This document shows positions 1 through 13,959 of a stretch of DNA of 64,000 bases, in pieces. This stretch comes from Octopus vulgaris. Lineage: Eukaryota. The stretch is from NCBI GenBank assembly GCA_951406725.2, contig OX597827.1:68758001-68822000 (forward strand), written 5' to 3'. The translations under genes were made by a program, and so were the position numbers. Each line of letters opens with the position of its first letter. Positions within the stretch are counted from its first letter, which is position 1. The notes below the pieces were generated by a model that had not been told where the DNA came from, searched no databases, and was given only the letters and a program-made list of their open reading frames with translations.

Positions 1-122
1 TATATATATATATATATACATTTTTTAAAGAATATTTGCATAGTATATATATATTTATTTATATTTATATATTTATATATATATATATATACATATATAT
101 TTATAGAGTAAGTAGTCTATAC

Positions 123-277
123 AGCGGGCTTCTTTCAGTTTCCATCTACAAAATCCACTCAAGGCTTTGCTTGGCCCGAGGCTATTGTAGAAGACACTTG
201 CCCAAAGTGCCACCCAATGAGACTTATCCCGGAACCATGTTGTTGGGAAGCAAGCTACTTACATCACGCTGCGCCTG
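123..277 (-). mobile_element. SINE family A, 5' half
   Basis: Matches the head of the full copies (cttctttcagtttcc, agaagacacttgccca, ggaaccatgt). Confidence 0.75.
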
Positions 278-751
278 CCACGTCTCCATCATCATCAATT
301 TTCGCCCCATTCATCATCATCATCATCATCATCATCACCACCACCACTACCAAACAGCATCTCATCATCACTCATGGAAAGTGAGGGAAAATGCATGTTC
401 ATCACTTCCGTTCTCCGCGGAAGGGATAAAAAAAAACAAGTTCGAAGATTGACGGAGCCAAACGGAAACAGACGGTACTAACCGGAAGAAGACTGGAAAT
501 AGTACAAGACTGGAATATTCAGAATGGAACGAGAATAGTTGAAGCTGTAACGCAAGCAACATCATTCCATCGATTCACGATGGCCACTTAGCAAGTGAAA
601 TATTTCGACAGATTTTAATTGAAAGCAATCTCGGATTACTTGTCTTATTGACTAAAAACAAAATGTCGCCCATGTAACTGATAGTCGCTGATTTTCGTAC
701 GATATTGTACAGACGATATTCTTTTGTTTTTCCCTTTTTCGTTCATTCTTT

Positions 752-813
<62 letters not shown>

Positions 814-833
814 TAATTATACATACACACTCA

Positions 834-952
<119 letters not shown>

Positions 953-1034
953 GTATGTATGTATGCATGTATGTATGTGTATGTGTGTGTAAGTAGATAT
1001 GTATGTATGAATGTATGCATGTATATACGCATAA

Positions 1035-1065
<31 letters not shown>

Positions 1066-1235
1066 TAATTTGAGGTGTATTATTGCTTATATATATATAT
1101 ATATATGTACTTAAACATACCTACACCCACACATACACACACCCGTGAGAGAGAGATATTTAGGTTTGCATATATAAATCATTGAGTATGTATAACTATT
1201 AGGCTTTTTCCATTTCTGTTTCCCACTTCTCTCTT

Positions 1236-1290
<55 letters not shown>

Positions 1291-1384
1291 CTCTCCTCTC
1301 TCTCTTTTCTATCACCGTTACTTCTGCTTGTGTATTAGTAGTCATATAGCCGAAAGGCCTTCTATGTATGTATGTATGTATGTC

Positions 1385-2318
1385 ATTATTCAGATTATTC
1401 CAAGATTTCTTGCCAATAGAGAAAGAACTGGTCTCCAACCTAGATCCAAGGCTCCTTCATTGGAATTTCAACATCAACAAGAGGGTATTTTTGTATGTAT
1501 GTATGTATGTATGTATGTATGTATGTATGTATGTGTAGATTTGTATGCTTTATGTATATATTCCAATGATTCCCATGCATACAGTTCCATATCTAGACAT
1601 GTTCATATATACATTTAAATGATAAACTTTTGGAAAGTTTCACAGATTTTTACAGTTCCAGTGATGGACTGGATCTGTAGTCTTCGAATCAGCTGTCTTT
1701 TTTCTGGTTTTGAGAAACTTAATTTCTTAAGATTGGTATTTAGGCAGTGTGTTACATATCCCAGGGCCCCAATAATTGCAGGTATAAACCTACACTTGTA
1801 ATCTAGTTAGAGTAACTGCAGATTTCTCAATAGTTCAGCATAGGTGTTCTCTTTTCACTGATCTTCAGCTTTATGTTAACATCCACTGGGCAGCTAATTT
1901 CCACTACTATGCATAGTTTCTCTTCTCTATCCCAAATCATTATATCAGGTCTGTTGTGCTTACATTTTATTGAAATCTTCACTGGTACATTCCACCAGGA
2001 GGAGATTAGATTATAGAGCCTTGCTTCGGTTGGGAGCAAATAATGTAAATTTTGTCCTATTGTTCTTTTTTATTATGAGTAGTTATGGCTTTTACCATTG
2101 TGGGTTCTTATTTCTTTGTCCTCGGGATTATCCTTCCGACGGATTTCATTATAGATTATCCTGGCTACAACGTCATGTCTTATCGATAGATAATACCGTG
2201 ATGACAGTTTCGGACAACTGCTTATGATGTGGGTGATATCTTCAGTGTGAACTCCACAAAGTCTGCATCGGTTGTCAAACTTTACGGCTTTTCCTGCATC
2301 CCTATCCCTTTTGTCCAC
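1385..2318 (-). mobile_element. 3' fragment of an RLE-type non-LTR retrotransposon (R4/Dong/NeSL-like), frameshifted
   Basis: Minus-strand CCHC knuckle CRLC..EDITHIISSC, RHD motif, RPDIMIWD..K..VEISCP endonuclease motif and FIPAIIGALG; the 3' UTR runs into (CATA)n. Confidence 0.85.
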
Positions 2319-2534
2319 AAGGGGCTAAACACAGACGGAACAAACAAGGGCAGACAAACGGATTAAGTCGATTACATCGACCCCAGTGCGTAACTGGTAC
2401 TTATTTAATCGACCCCGAAAGGATGAAAGGCAAAGTCGACCTCAGCGGAATTTGAACTCAGAACGTAGCGGCAGACGAAATACGGCTACGCATTTCGTCC
2501 GCCGTGCTAACGTTTCTGCCAGCTCTCCGCCTTT
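2313..2534 (-). mobile_element. SINE family B (B1 tail)
   Basis: Head GGCGG.GAGCTGGCAGAAACGTTAG, B box GAGTTCAAATTCC, body GCCTTTCATCCTTTCGGGGTCGA. Confidence 0.8.
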
Positions 2535-2535
2535 A

Positions 2536-2585
<50 letters not shown>

Positions 2586-3089
2586 TTAATAATAATAATA
2601 ATAAACAGAAGAAGAAGAAGAAGAAGAAGAAGAAGAAGAAGAAGAAGAAGGAGGAGGAGGAGGAGGAGGAGGAGGAGGAGGAGAAGAAGAAGAAGAAGAA
2701 GAAGAAGAAGAAGAAGAGGAGGAGGAGGAGGAGGAGGAGAAGAAGAAGAAGAAGAAGAAGAAGAAGAAGAAGAAGAAGAAGAAGAAGAAGAAGAAGAAGA
2801 AGAAGAAGAAGAAAGCACCGAAATAAATTTGATGTTGTAAAGGGCGTGCCATTGTTAATGAATTTCACTGATATGGGCAATATTAAAAATATTACCACTT
2901 CACTGATACACGGCAGGATATCGACCACATACGGGGGTGTACCTCTTGAGCGTGTGTTACGTTTACGATGATATGACTAGCTTAAAAGTACTCAAAAACG
3001 TTTATATATGTATGTGTGTGTGTATATGTATGTGTGTACGAATATACGCCAGTATGTATAATGTGTATATATATTATATATTACTCTAT

Positions 3090-3500
3090 TTCTTATATTT
3101 TACTTATTTTAGTCATTTGGCTGTGGCCATGCTGGAGCACCGCCCTTTAGTCGAGCAAATCGACCCCAGGACTTATTCTTTGTAAGCCTAGTACATATTC
3201 TATCGGACCCTTTTGCCGAACCGCTAAGTTGCGGGGACGTAAACACTACCAACATCGGTTGTCAAACGATGTTGGGGGTACAAACACAAACACACCAACA
3301 TATACACACATACATATATATATATATACATATATATAACAGGTTTCTTTCAGTTTCCATCTACCAAATCCAGTCACAAGGCTTTGGTTGGCCCGAGGCT
3401 ATAGTAGAAGACACTTGCCCAAGGTGCCTCGCAGTGGGACTGAACCCGGGACCATGTGGTTCGTAAGCAAGCTAATTATCACACAGCCACTCCTACGCCT
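3090..3500 (-). mobile_element. SINE family A, full length
   Basis: A box TGGCTGTGTG, B box GGTTCAGTCCC, CTTGGGCAAG body, internal (TA)/(TG) tract, AGTAAAA tail. Confidence 0.85.
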
Positions 3501-3504
3501 ATAT

Positions 3505-3550
<46 letters not shown>

Positions 3551-3675
3551 ACACACACATACACAAACGCACGCAGACATGCATAAATAAACGCAGATAG
3601 TGTGACAGCAATCATTGTATCGACGCATGTATATTCTTGCTTTCTTTTGTTTTCTATCATTATTATTAATATTGT

Positions 3676-3965
3676 AGAGGCGCAATGTCCCAGTGGTTAG
3701 GGTAGTGGACTCGCGGTCGGAGGATCGCGGTTTTATTCCCAGACCGGGCGTTGTGTGTATTTATTGAGCGAAAACACTTAAAGCTCCACGAGGCCCGGGA
3801 GGGGTGGTGGTGACCCCTGTTGTACTCTTTCGCCACAACTTTCTCTCTTTCTTCCTGTTTCTTGAGTAACTGGCGTCCCGTTCAGATGTGGGGGTGGAGA
3901 CACATACGCCATAGAAACGGGGAAACCGGGCCCATGAGCCTGGCTAGGCTTGAAAAGAGCGAATA
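3676..3965 (+). mobile_element. SINE family C, C2-type 3' end
   Basis: tRNA-like head GGCGCAATG.CCCAGTGGTTAGG...GACTCGCGGTC; 3' GAAACGGGGAAACCGGGCCCATGAGCC. Confidence 0.75.
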
Positions 3966-5094
3966 AAAAAGTATTAATATTATTTTTGTTCCCATAAGTG
4001 TCGACAATTGTCCGCAAGGATTTTGTAGAACTAAGACAATCAGAGAAGACACTTGCCCTAGAACCCGGAGCCGTGTGCTTGTGAAGCAATCGTCTTACCA
4101 CACAACCATGCCAGTGCCGTTGTTTTGTTGTTTTTTGGGGGGTGGGGGGTTCCAAGACCGTAAGGCGAGCTTTTGAGGGAGATTGTTAACACTTTCTACC
4201 AAACCGAGTAACCACATACTCGCGCCTTCGTTAGTTTGTGATGGCGTCTGTAGAGGATAGCGTATTGGTGGTGGTGGTGTGGTGTTTGTGAGGAGATGGT
4301 TGTAATGGGAGTGGTTGTGAGGGGCGTTGTAGGGGTTGTGGAACTGAGGGGGCTGTGGGTATGAGGGGGTTGTGGGGATTGTGGGGGTTAGGGGGTTGTG
4401 GGGGTAAGGGGTGAAGGGTGATTGTGAGGGGAGTGGTTGTGAGAGGGTGGTACAGTGGTTGGGTGCAACCCTGTGGTATTACTGGCATAGTAGGTATAAT
4501 GATAACGTGAGGGTAATGATGCCACTACTACTACTACTATATATTACTACTACTACAACCAGCACCACCACCACTAATACTATCAACGCTACTACACCAC
4601 CAACACCTCTACAAGTATTACTATCATCACCACCACCAATTCTATTAACACTAACCACGACTTCACCAACACTACACCACAAATGATACCACAACTAATA
4701 CCACTACCACCAGAGCCACTACTACTACTAAGACTGAGGTTATTGCTGCTACTACTTCAACTACTACTACTACTACTATTACTGCTAGTTTTTTTTTTTT
4801 CTATTTTTTCTACCCGACGGAAAGATGCGGTAGGGCGAAAGAGAGCGAAAGAGCGTGAAAGAGAGAGAGAGGTTTTCCTTCCATGCGTTTGTATATTATT
4901 AATAAATAACCGCCAACCTACCAGCACGATGCTAATCCTATCAGAGAAAAAAAACATTGATTTCTAAATCGTTTCTACATCCTGTAGTGCAACGATTTAC
5001 AAGCAAACAGGTCAGGCCTTGGCTCTGGGTGGTTTTACAGTCAAACGGCTTGGCTGCGAAAAGGAAGCGCCGAATTATACATTACAGATTAGAG

Positions 5095-5461
5095 AGGCGT
5101 GGCTGTGTGGTAAGAAGCTTGCTTACCAACCGCATGGTACCGGGTTCAGTCCCACTGTGTGGCGCCTTGAGCAAGAGTTTTCTTTTATAACCTCGGGCCG
5201 ATCAAAGCCTTGTGAGTGGATTTGGTAGACGGAAACTTAAAGAAGCCCGTGAGTGGATTTGGTAGAAGGAAACTGAAAGAAGCCCATCATGTATATAATA
5301 GGCGCAGACGTGGCTGTGTGGTAAGAAGCTTGCTTACCAACCATGTGGTTCCGGGTTCAGTCCCACTGCGCGGCACCTTGGCAAGCGTCTTCTACTATAG
5401 CATCAGGCCAACCAAAACCTTGTGAGTGGATCTGGTAGACGGAAACTTAAAGAAGCCCGTC

Positions 5462-5495
<34 letters not shown>

Positions 5496-5845
5496 GTATA
5501 CCTATGTGTGTACGTCTTTGCGTCTGTATTGTCCCCCACCGCTACCACCGCTTGACAACCGGTGTTGGAGTGCTTACGTCTCCGTAACTTAGCAGTTCGG
5601 CAAAAGGATACTGAGGTTATTGCTGCTGCTGCTACTACAACTACAACTACTACTATTACTATTACTGCTAGTTTTTTTTATAGTTTTTCTACCCGACGGA
5701 AAGATGCGGTAGGGCGCTTCGATAGAATAAGTACCAGGCCTTCAAAATACAATAAGTACTAGCGACTAAAAATGGTACATTCGACTAAAACTTCTTCAAG
5801 CCGGTGCCCCAGCATGGCCGCAGTCTAATGACTGAAACTTGAAAG
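5095..5845 (+). mobile_element. Two adjacent SINE A copies; the second carries a ~105-bp insertion
   Basis: Two A heads (about 5095 and 5300); the 3' half is interrupted at 5610-5716. Confidence 0.8.
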
Positions 5846-6088
5846 AAAACATTACTTTTTACCAAGGTTTCTGTACCAAGAACTTTACCAATTGTTTTTT
5901 GTTTTCCAGAGCAAGAATTTATGTAATCATCGACATGGTTTTCTTAATTAGAAAGTAAGTTAGTTAATTAATTAATTAGTTAGTTAGTTATTAAGTTAGT
6001 TAGCTAGCTAGCTAGTTAGTTAATTAATTAATTAGTTAGTTAGTTAACACATATATATGTATTTGTGTCTGTGTATATGTGTGTGTGC

Positions 6089-6136
<48 letters not shown>

Positions 6137-6384
6137 TTTGCGTATGTGTCTTTCCGTGTTTTTCACCCGCCACCACTCGACTACCAGTGCAGGCTTGTTT
6201 ACGTCTCGGCAACCTAGCGGTTCGGCCAAAAGAACCGATAAAATAAGCACCAGACATAAGAAACAAAGAGCAGTATGTGTACTGGGTTCGATTTGCTCGA
6301 GTAAAATCCCTTTCAAAACGTAGCCCCAGCAGGGGCGCAGTCCAATAATTGAAACATAAGATATAAAAGATTAGAAAAAAATTG

Positions 6385-6752
6385 TTTTCTACTCTAGGCA
6401 CAAGGTCTGAAATTTGGTGGGATGGGGCCAGTCAATTAGATCGACACCAGTATGCAACTGGTACTTCATTTATCGACTCCGAAAGAATGAAAGGTAAAGT
6501 CGACCTCGGCGGATTTGAACTCAGAACGTAAAGACAGACGAAATACCGCTAAGCATTTCGCCCGGCGTGCTGACGTTTCTTATTTCTTTATTGCCCACAA
6601 GGGCTAAACATAGAGGGGACAAACAAAGACAGACAAACGGATTAAGTCGATTATATCGACCCCAGTGCGTAACTGGTACTTATTTAATCGACTCCGAAAG
6701 GATGAAAGGCAAAGTCGACCTCGGCGGAATTTGAACTCAGAACGTAGCGGCA
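6385..6752 (-). mobile_element. Head-to-tail dimer of SINE B (B1 and B2 tails)
   Basis: Two consecutive aaagtcgacctcggcgga..tttgaactcagaacgta units joined at gtttcttatttctttatt. Confidence 0.8.
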
Positions 6753-6921
6753 GCAGGATGAACACTTAAGTGGATCTTCGTGTATTTCTGCTTACTGGTG
6801 TTTCTTTGTCTGGTGAAGCGGCCAGTGGGCTGGATCAACGGTCAGTTAATGGGACACAGGAACCGAGCGAATACCAGACAGGACATTACACCGCTTTGGG
6901 AACGTAGAGAGAAAGAGAGTG

Positions 6922-6996
<75 letters not shown>

Positions 6997-6999
6997 ATA

Positions 7000-7052
<53 letters not shown>

Positions 7053-7119
7053 CATTCATGCAAACAGACAAACAGACAGACAGACAGACAGATAAACAGA
7101 CAGACAGACAGACAGACAT

Positions 7120-7166
<47 letters not shown>
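6922..7166. repeat. (GATA)n/(GACA)n microsatellite
   Basis: Direct reading. Confidence 0.95.
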
Positions 7167-8240
7167 TATTTCTTTATTAGCCACACCGGGCTGCACACAG
7201 ATAGAACAAATTACAAGGTAGAGCTTTTCTTTTGAAGGGTTAAAAAAAAAAAAAAAAAAAAAAAAGGAAGGGGGAGTTTCGATCAAAAGGGATCGTAAAA
7301 GGAGAGAAAGAGGACAAAAAAAGGGGGGTTAAAAAAAGGGGGAGGAAAAAAATTGATCAATAGGGATCGTTATCACAGAAATGTCAATATGAAGTGTAAA
7401 GGGGAGGACAGGTGAGGTTTACCCGTGGAAAGAAAAGCCTACGGAAAAGACCACGGTAACCTCGGTCAATGAAGTCACATTTTATATTTCTTTTTTTTTT
7501 TTTTTTTTTTGCAAATAAGCAACTCTCTGTTTTCGATTTCTGGGTTCATAGGACTATGCTCAAGGTGGCTTCGTCATTCATACGTGCCATTCTTGCTACA
7601 TTCACCCATCTTTTTTAAAACATTCGCTAGACAAAACTTGCCTCTCTACTCTCACTTTCCTTTTCAAGTGGTACTTGAAGAAGTTGATGAGAGATTGACT
7701 CGGTTAAAGACTTGCTGGAATGCAGGATGGAGACACTTCCACCAGATACATTCTTTCGCCATAGCCACAAGGATGATGAAAATAGCTCTTCCTTCCCGTT
7801 TGAAGGAAGGAGGCGTGACAATATTGACGATAGACTCAGCTGATAAACCGACTCGTCCCACACGTGACAGCAGTTGTTCGACACAAGCCCACAGGTCGGA
7901 AATTGTTGGACACTGAACGAGTGCGTGCAGAACGGTTTCGTCGCTCTGACCGCATCTCGGGCAGGTCGGCCCCGTGTTTCTCGAGCCGTGTCTGTAGAGC
8001 TATCCCGAACGGGTAGCGCTTCTCGATAGCACTGCCAGGCCAGGGATCTCTGGATAGATGTCCATGGGCCCTAGAAAGTCGTCCTGAACAGGCGGGTCAG
8101 GTACTCCTCGTCGACGTCCAGGTTCGCCCCGACTCGTCGTCGTACCTCCCCTCACTAAACCCCTATAGAATGCTTTGGTTGTGTTGAAGTCACTTAAGGT
8201 CGACCCAGGACGGCAGAGTTGCTTGAGAGCAACGCGACAC
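7167..8240 (-). mobile_element. 5'-truncated L1/Tx1-clade LINE (ORF2 C-terminus and 3' UTR)
   Basis: Minus translation SLAWQCYREALPVR...TCPRCGQSDETVLHALVQCP..LW...MAKECIWW (zf-RVT-like CCHC); AATAAA at 7173-7178 followed by (TATC)n. Confidence 0.8.
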
Positions 8241-8397
8241 AGATAGATAGATAGAATAGACAGATAGACAGACAGATAGATAAATTAAGTACCAGTTGCG
8301 TACTGGTGTCGACCTAATAGGCTGCCCCACCACCCCATCCCAAAAATTTCGGGCCTTGTGCCTAGAGTAGAAAACAAAAGAATATATATCAATCTAT

Positions 8398-8454
<57 letters not shown>

Positions 8455-9212
8455 CACATACAAATACGCGCGCGCGCACAAATCATCATCATCAATGATA
8501 TTCTAAATCTAAGAAAGGGAAGGGATTGCCAAGAACATCCTTAATTTAATATCGATATCAGCAGATAAAAAAATAGGGGTCACTATATGACCCTTCATCT
8601 TGCCAGATATGTATATGTAGGTAACAGTGCACGTGTATTGTATTTCTGAAATCTAGTATCATCTTGGGGCTGTCAAAAAGGGGTCCCATGAAGACGGAAT
8701 GCATCGCTTTAATAACCCTTGCCTTTGAGCTAAGGTCACCTAGGGAGAGTCTGATGGATGATCGTGTTCTAGGCATGTATGTGTATGTATGTACGACCGG
8801 AAAACGCTGCGTGTTTTTGTGTGTATGTTTGTACTCGCTTGTATGTGTAACATATGTATATATACATAATACACACACACATATATATAGATATAGATAT
8901 ATATAGATATATATATATAGATATATACAGATATACACACACACATGCAAATACAAATGTATATGCATATATATATATACATATATATACGCAATTATAC
9001 ATATATATATATGCAAATACATATATATACATATGTATATATATCAATATATCTGGGTTTATGTACACACACATAGATATATAATTCTATACTGCTTTAT
9101 GTCTACTTAAGTATGTAACACACCTGCACGTGTGTGTGTATATGTGTGTCTGTCTGTATGTCATATATGTAGAAATGTATACGGACACACGTCCAAATAT
9201 AAATATATATGA

Positions 9213-9279
<67 letters not shown>

Positions 9280-9690
9280 AATACATATATATATATATAT
9301 GCATACGAATATACATGCATGCATGCATACATATACATACATAGACGCATATACCAATCCCTGTTCGTACATAAAACAAAGATGTGTGTATATGTGTGCG
9401 TGTGCGTGTCTGTCTGTCTGTATGTCATATATGTATAAATGTATACATACACACGTCCAAATCTGAACATATGTGTGTGTATATAAATATGTATATATAT
9501 ATATATATACACTCATATATATACGTATATACATGCATGCATGCATACATTTACATACATAGACGTATATACACATCCGTGTACGTACATAAAACAAAGA
9601 TTCGCATGGATGCTGATGTCAAGTTCTTATTGATGGAAGATTTGTGTCTTTCATTATTGCATTTCGTATTAAATAAACATCGCACCTATG

Positions 9691-9779
<89 letters not shown>

Positions 9780-10157
9780 GTATACACACATGTACACGCA
9801 CACAGGTCCAAACACGCACTCATGCACACACACACATATATTCTTTTATTAGTTTATAATTTTATTTGTTTCAGTCATTTGACTGCGGCCAAGCTGGGGC
9901 AAAGCTTTCAGTCGAGCAAATCGACCCCAGGACATATTCTTTGTAAGCCTAGCACTTATTCTATTGGTGACTTTTGCCGAACCACTAAGTTACGGGGACG
10001 TAAACACACCAACATCGGTTGTCTAGCGAGAGTTGGAGGACAAACACAAACACACACACATATATGTGTGTGTGTGTGAAAAAAAAACAAAAGACGAAGT
10101 CAGGTGGTGTACAAAACAAACAGATGTATTAGTATAACGCTCAGGAATAGAAAAAGT

Positions 10158-10193
10158 ATTTTACGATTCGAGCCTACGCTCTTCTACAGAAAG
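10158..10193 (-). ncRNA. Degenerate minimal hammerhead-like motif in a short repeat (about 10080-10250)
   Basis: TTT CTGTAGA A GAGC GTAG GCTC GAAT CGTA AAA; two core mismatches. Confidence 0.4.
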
Positions 10194-10653
10194 GGACACA
10201 GAAAAAAAAAAACAAGGAGAGAGAAAAAATGTGCGTAGTGGCTAACGATATATATATATATAGTGTACGTATCAGAGTTAGAGGGGTTTAATACCTCCAA
10301 GGGATAATTAAATCCAAAGTCGCTCCTGGTTATTACCTGGGTAGGTACAGTTTTTTGTAAGATTGTACGGTAGCATTTGGTTCGGTTGGTGGACCGTAGT
10401 TTAGGTTATAGCGGAGAAGAAAATGGATGTAAATAACAAGGGGAGACTCGTCGTTTTCGCTGGTATACAGGTGTATGAACAAAAAGCAAGTGTATTTGTT
10501 TGACGCCCGGGGAAAATCCACTCGTATGTTTTGATCAAACCGAGGCTATAGTATAAGACGCGTATCTAAGGTGCCACGAAGTGAAACTGAACCCGAGACC
10601 ATGTTGTTGGGAAACAGATTTCTTATCGCAGAGTTATGCCTGATTTGTGCATA

Positions 10654-10751
10654 CATGTATGTATGTATGTATGTATGTATGTATGTATGTATATATGTAT
10701 GTATGTATGTATTTATGTATGTATGAATGAATGTATGTATGTATGTATGTA

Positions 10752-10782
<31 letters not shown>

Positions 10783-10852
10783 TGTATGTATGTATGTATG
10801 TATGTATGTATGTATGTATGTATGTATGTATGTATGTATGTATGTATGTATG

Positions 10853-10883
<31 letters not shown>

Positions 10884-11053
10884 GTATGAATGAATGTATG
10901 TATGTTATATGTATGTATGTGTGCTTGTATGTATGTTTGTATGTATGTATGTATGTATGTATGTAAGTATGAATGAATGTATGTATGTATGTATGTATGT
11001 ATGTATGTATGTATTTATGTATGTATTTATGTATGTATGTATGTATGTATGTA

Positions 11054-11089
<36 letters not shown>

Positions 11090-11140
11090 TGTATGTATGT
11101 ATGTATGTATGTATGTATGTGTGTGTGTGTGTGTGTGTGA
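10654..11140. repeat. (TATG)n microsatellite
   Basis: Direct reading. Confidence 0.95.
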
Positions 11141-11860
11141 GTTTCTATGTATGTATAAACATCGCACACACACACAGAAAAGGCAATTTATATTCTTGTC
11201 GTCGGTCGTAACCATTTTTAAAGGAAATTTGCAAGAATGATTCATAATGTCTTCGTACACGCCGGGGCCGCCACCACCATGACCGCCACCACAACCACCA
11301 CCACCAACACCACCACCACCACCAACACCACCACCAACACCACCGCCACCGCTGCCTCCGCGCTCCGCCAACTCCTTCCTTCGTTGTTGTGTAAGAGGAA
11401 TCAATTGAAAATTTTGGACTAACTGCAAGTTGCTGAATTAATTTGAGGTTCAATGGCGTACTTCACAGTGTGTTTTTAGTGTTGTGGTTGCTGTTGTAGT
11501 TATTGTTGTTGTTGTTGTGTTTGTTGTTGTGTTTGTTGTTGTTGTGGTGATGGTGGTGGTGGTGGGGAGAGCGGGTGTGGGGTTCGTGGTTTTCTAAACG
11601 CTATCTGATGTTATATTTTTAACGTAGCGTCATCCACTTCAAGATACGACAACATCCGTTCTGTGACGATCGGCACCGTGACACAGCGCAAGCCTACATA
11701 ATATGCGTATACACATACACACACACACACACACATGTGTCTTTTCTCGGTGTGTGTATGTTGGAGTGTGTGTTTGTGTGTCTATGTATGTGCATATGTC
11801 TGTGTGTGCGTGTTAGTGACTCGCACAACCCACATTGAACATAATACGCTAACAGAACAG

Positions 11861-12013
<153 letters not shown>

Positions 12014-12817
12014 ATGTGTGGGGGTGCATGTATATACACACACATACATATATAGATATAAATATATATATATATATGTATGTAATACAAGCTTGGATAT
12101 AAATTATATATATACATATATATACATGTGTATACATTAACACCTTTATATACAGCTCACCGTATAAATATATCAGTTTATCAATGTTTTATACACACAT
12201 ACACACACACACACATATATATATAGTTGGTATTTACAGAAAAACAAAAGACAAAGACAGGTGTATCAACAACAAATATGTCTACTAAATATGTGTTTAT
12301 GTGTGTGTGCGCGTGAACATATACACACATATATATACACATACATACATGCATTCAGGTATATATACATACATGTATATCTATGTGTTTACATATACAT
12401 ATACATATGTATGTGTGTACGTATATATACTTATGCACGTATTTTTTATATATTCATCCACACACACATGCCTATATATATAGAGATATACATATGTATA
12501 TGTGTGTATATATATACATATATATATACATATATATATGTATACTTATGTATATATTTTTATACATTCATATGCACACATGCGTGTATGCATCAAATAT
12601 CGATAAACGTACGTGTAAGTTTGAAAATATGCATTAAAATTTACATACATACATGCATACATACATACATACATACATACATACATACATACATACATAC
12701 ATACATACATGCATACTACACACTTTCAAATATACACACGAAAATATATTTAAACATAAATACTAATATATATATGTGCATACTAGTATTTATACATATA
12801 TGTGTATATACATGTAG

Positions 12818-12866
<49 letters not shown>

Positions 12867-13344
12867 TACATATATATAAACGCACATATATATATATAAA
12901 CACATATATATATATATATGTGTATATATATATATGTGTGTGTGTATGTGTGTGTATGCATGTGTGTATGTATATATGTATTATAACGGAAATTTCGATT
13001 ACGCGATTCTTAAAAAGGTAAAATATATGAAGAAATATAATATAATGTAAAATGGTATCATACTAAGATATGATGAAATATCCCATATATTATTCAACCC
13101 ACGCTGGAGTACGATAAACGAATTTCTAGAAAGTTCGTGATTAGAAGCACATATCGAAGGGCGTTTGGTTATTACTCTCATTGACTTCTGCAGTGGAGTC
13201 GGAGGAAGTCTACGATAAGTTGTAAAGTTTGTGACTTCTTGGGGTGTTTAATTGTGATGTATAAAAAATTCAATGAAAACACCTCTCGAAACAAAATCGT
13301 GAATTGGGTAGTAATTACGGCACTCTGCCGCGCGCGCATGTGCA

Positions 13345-13399
<55 letters not shown>

Positions 13400-13434
13400 G
13401 TGTGGTATGAAATAAAATATGTTCTTTTACCCAA

Positions 13435-13862
13435 AACGATCGTAACATCGAAATGCTTAGCGGTATTTCGTTTGTCTTTACGTTCTGAGTTCGAATTCCG
13501 TCGAGGTCGACTTTGCCTTTCATTCTTTCGGGGTCGATTAGATAAGTACCAGTTACGCACTGGGGTCGATATAATCGACTTAATCCGTTTGTCTGTCCTT
13601 GTTTGTCCCTTCTATGTTTAGCCCCTTGTGGGCAATAAAGAAATAAGAAACGTTAGCACGCTGGTCGAAATGCTTAGTGGTATTTCGTCTGCCGCTACGT
13701 TCTGAGTTCAAATTCCACCGAGGTCGACTTTGCCTTTCATCCTTTCTGGGTCGATTAAATAAATACCAGTTACGCACTGGGGTCGATATAATCGACTTAA
13801 ACCTTTTGTCTGTCCTTGTTTGTCCCCTCTATATTTAACCCTTGTGGGCAATAAAGAAATAA
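13435..13862 (+). mobile_element. SINE B head-to-tail dimer (period about 217 bp)
   Basis: gaaatgcttag at 13450 and 13667; junction aataaagaaata|agaaacgttagcacg. Confidence 0.85.
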
Positions 13863-13959
13863 ATATTTACGACCTTGATTTCCTTCTTTTTGTCCATAAC
13901 AACGTCTGGTCTCCGAGCATCAACTACTGAACAACACCAGATTGTAAAACTACATAAAG

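Noticed and set aside
4260-4470. Telomere-like or G-quadruplex tract
   Set aside because: Only one TTAGGG; ordinary GT-rich low-complexity sequence.
11027-11700. Gly-rich ORF with VYEDIM and a nearby exon-like segment
   Set aside because: Mostly a (GGT)n tract, adjacent frames close quickly and no homology is recognisable.
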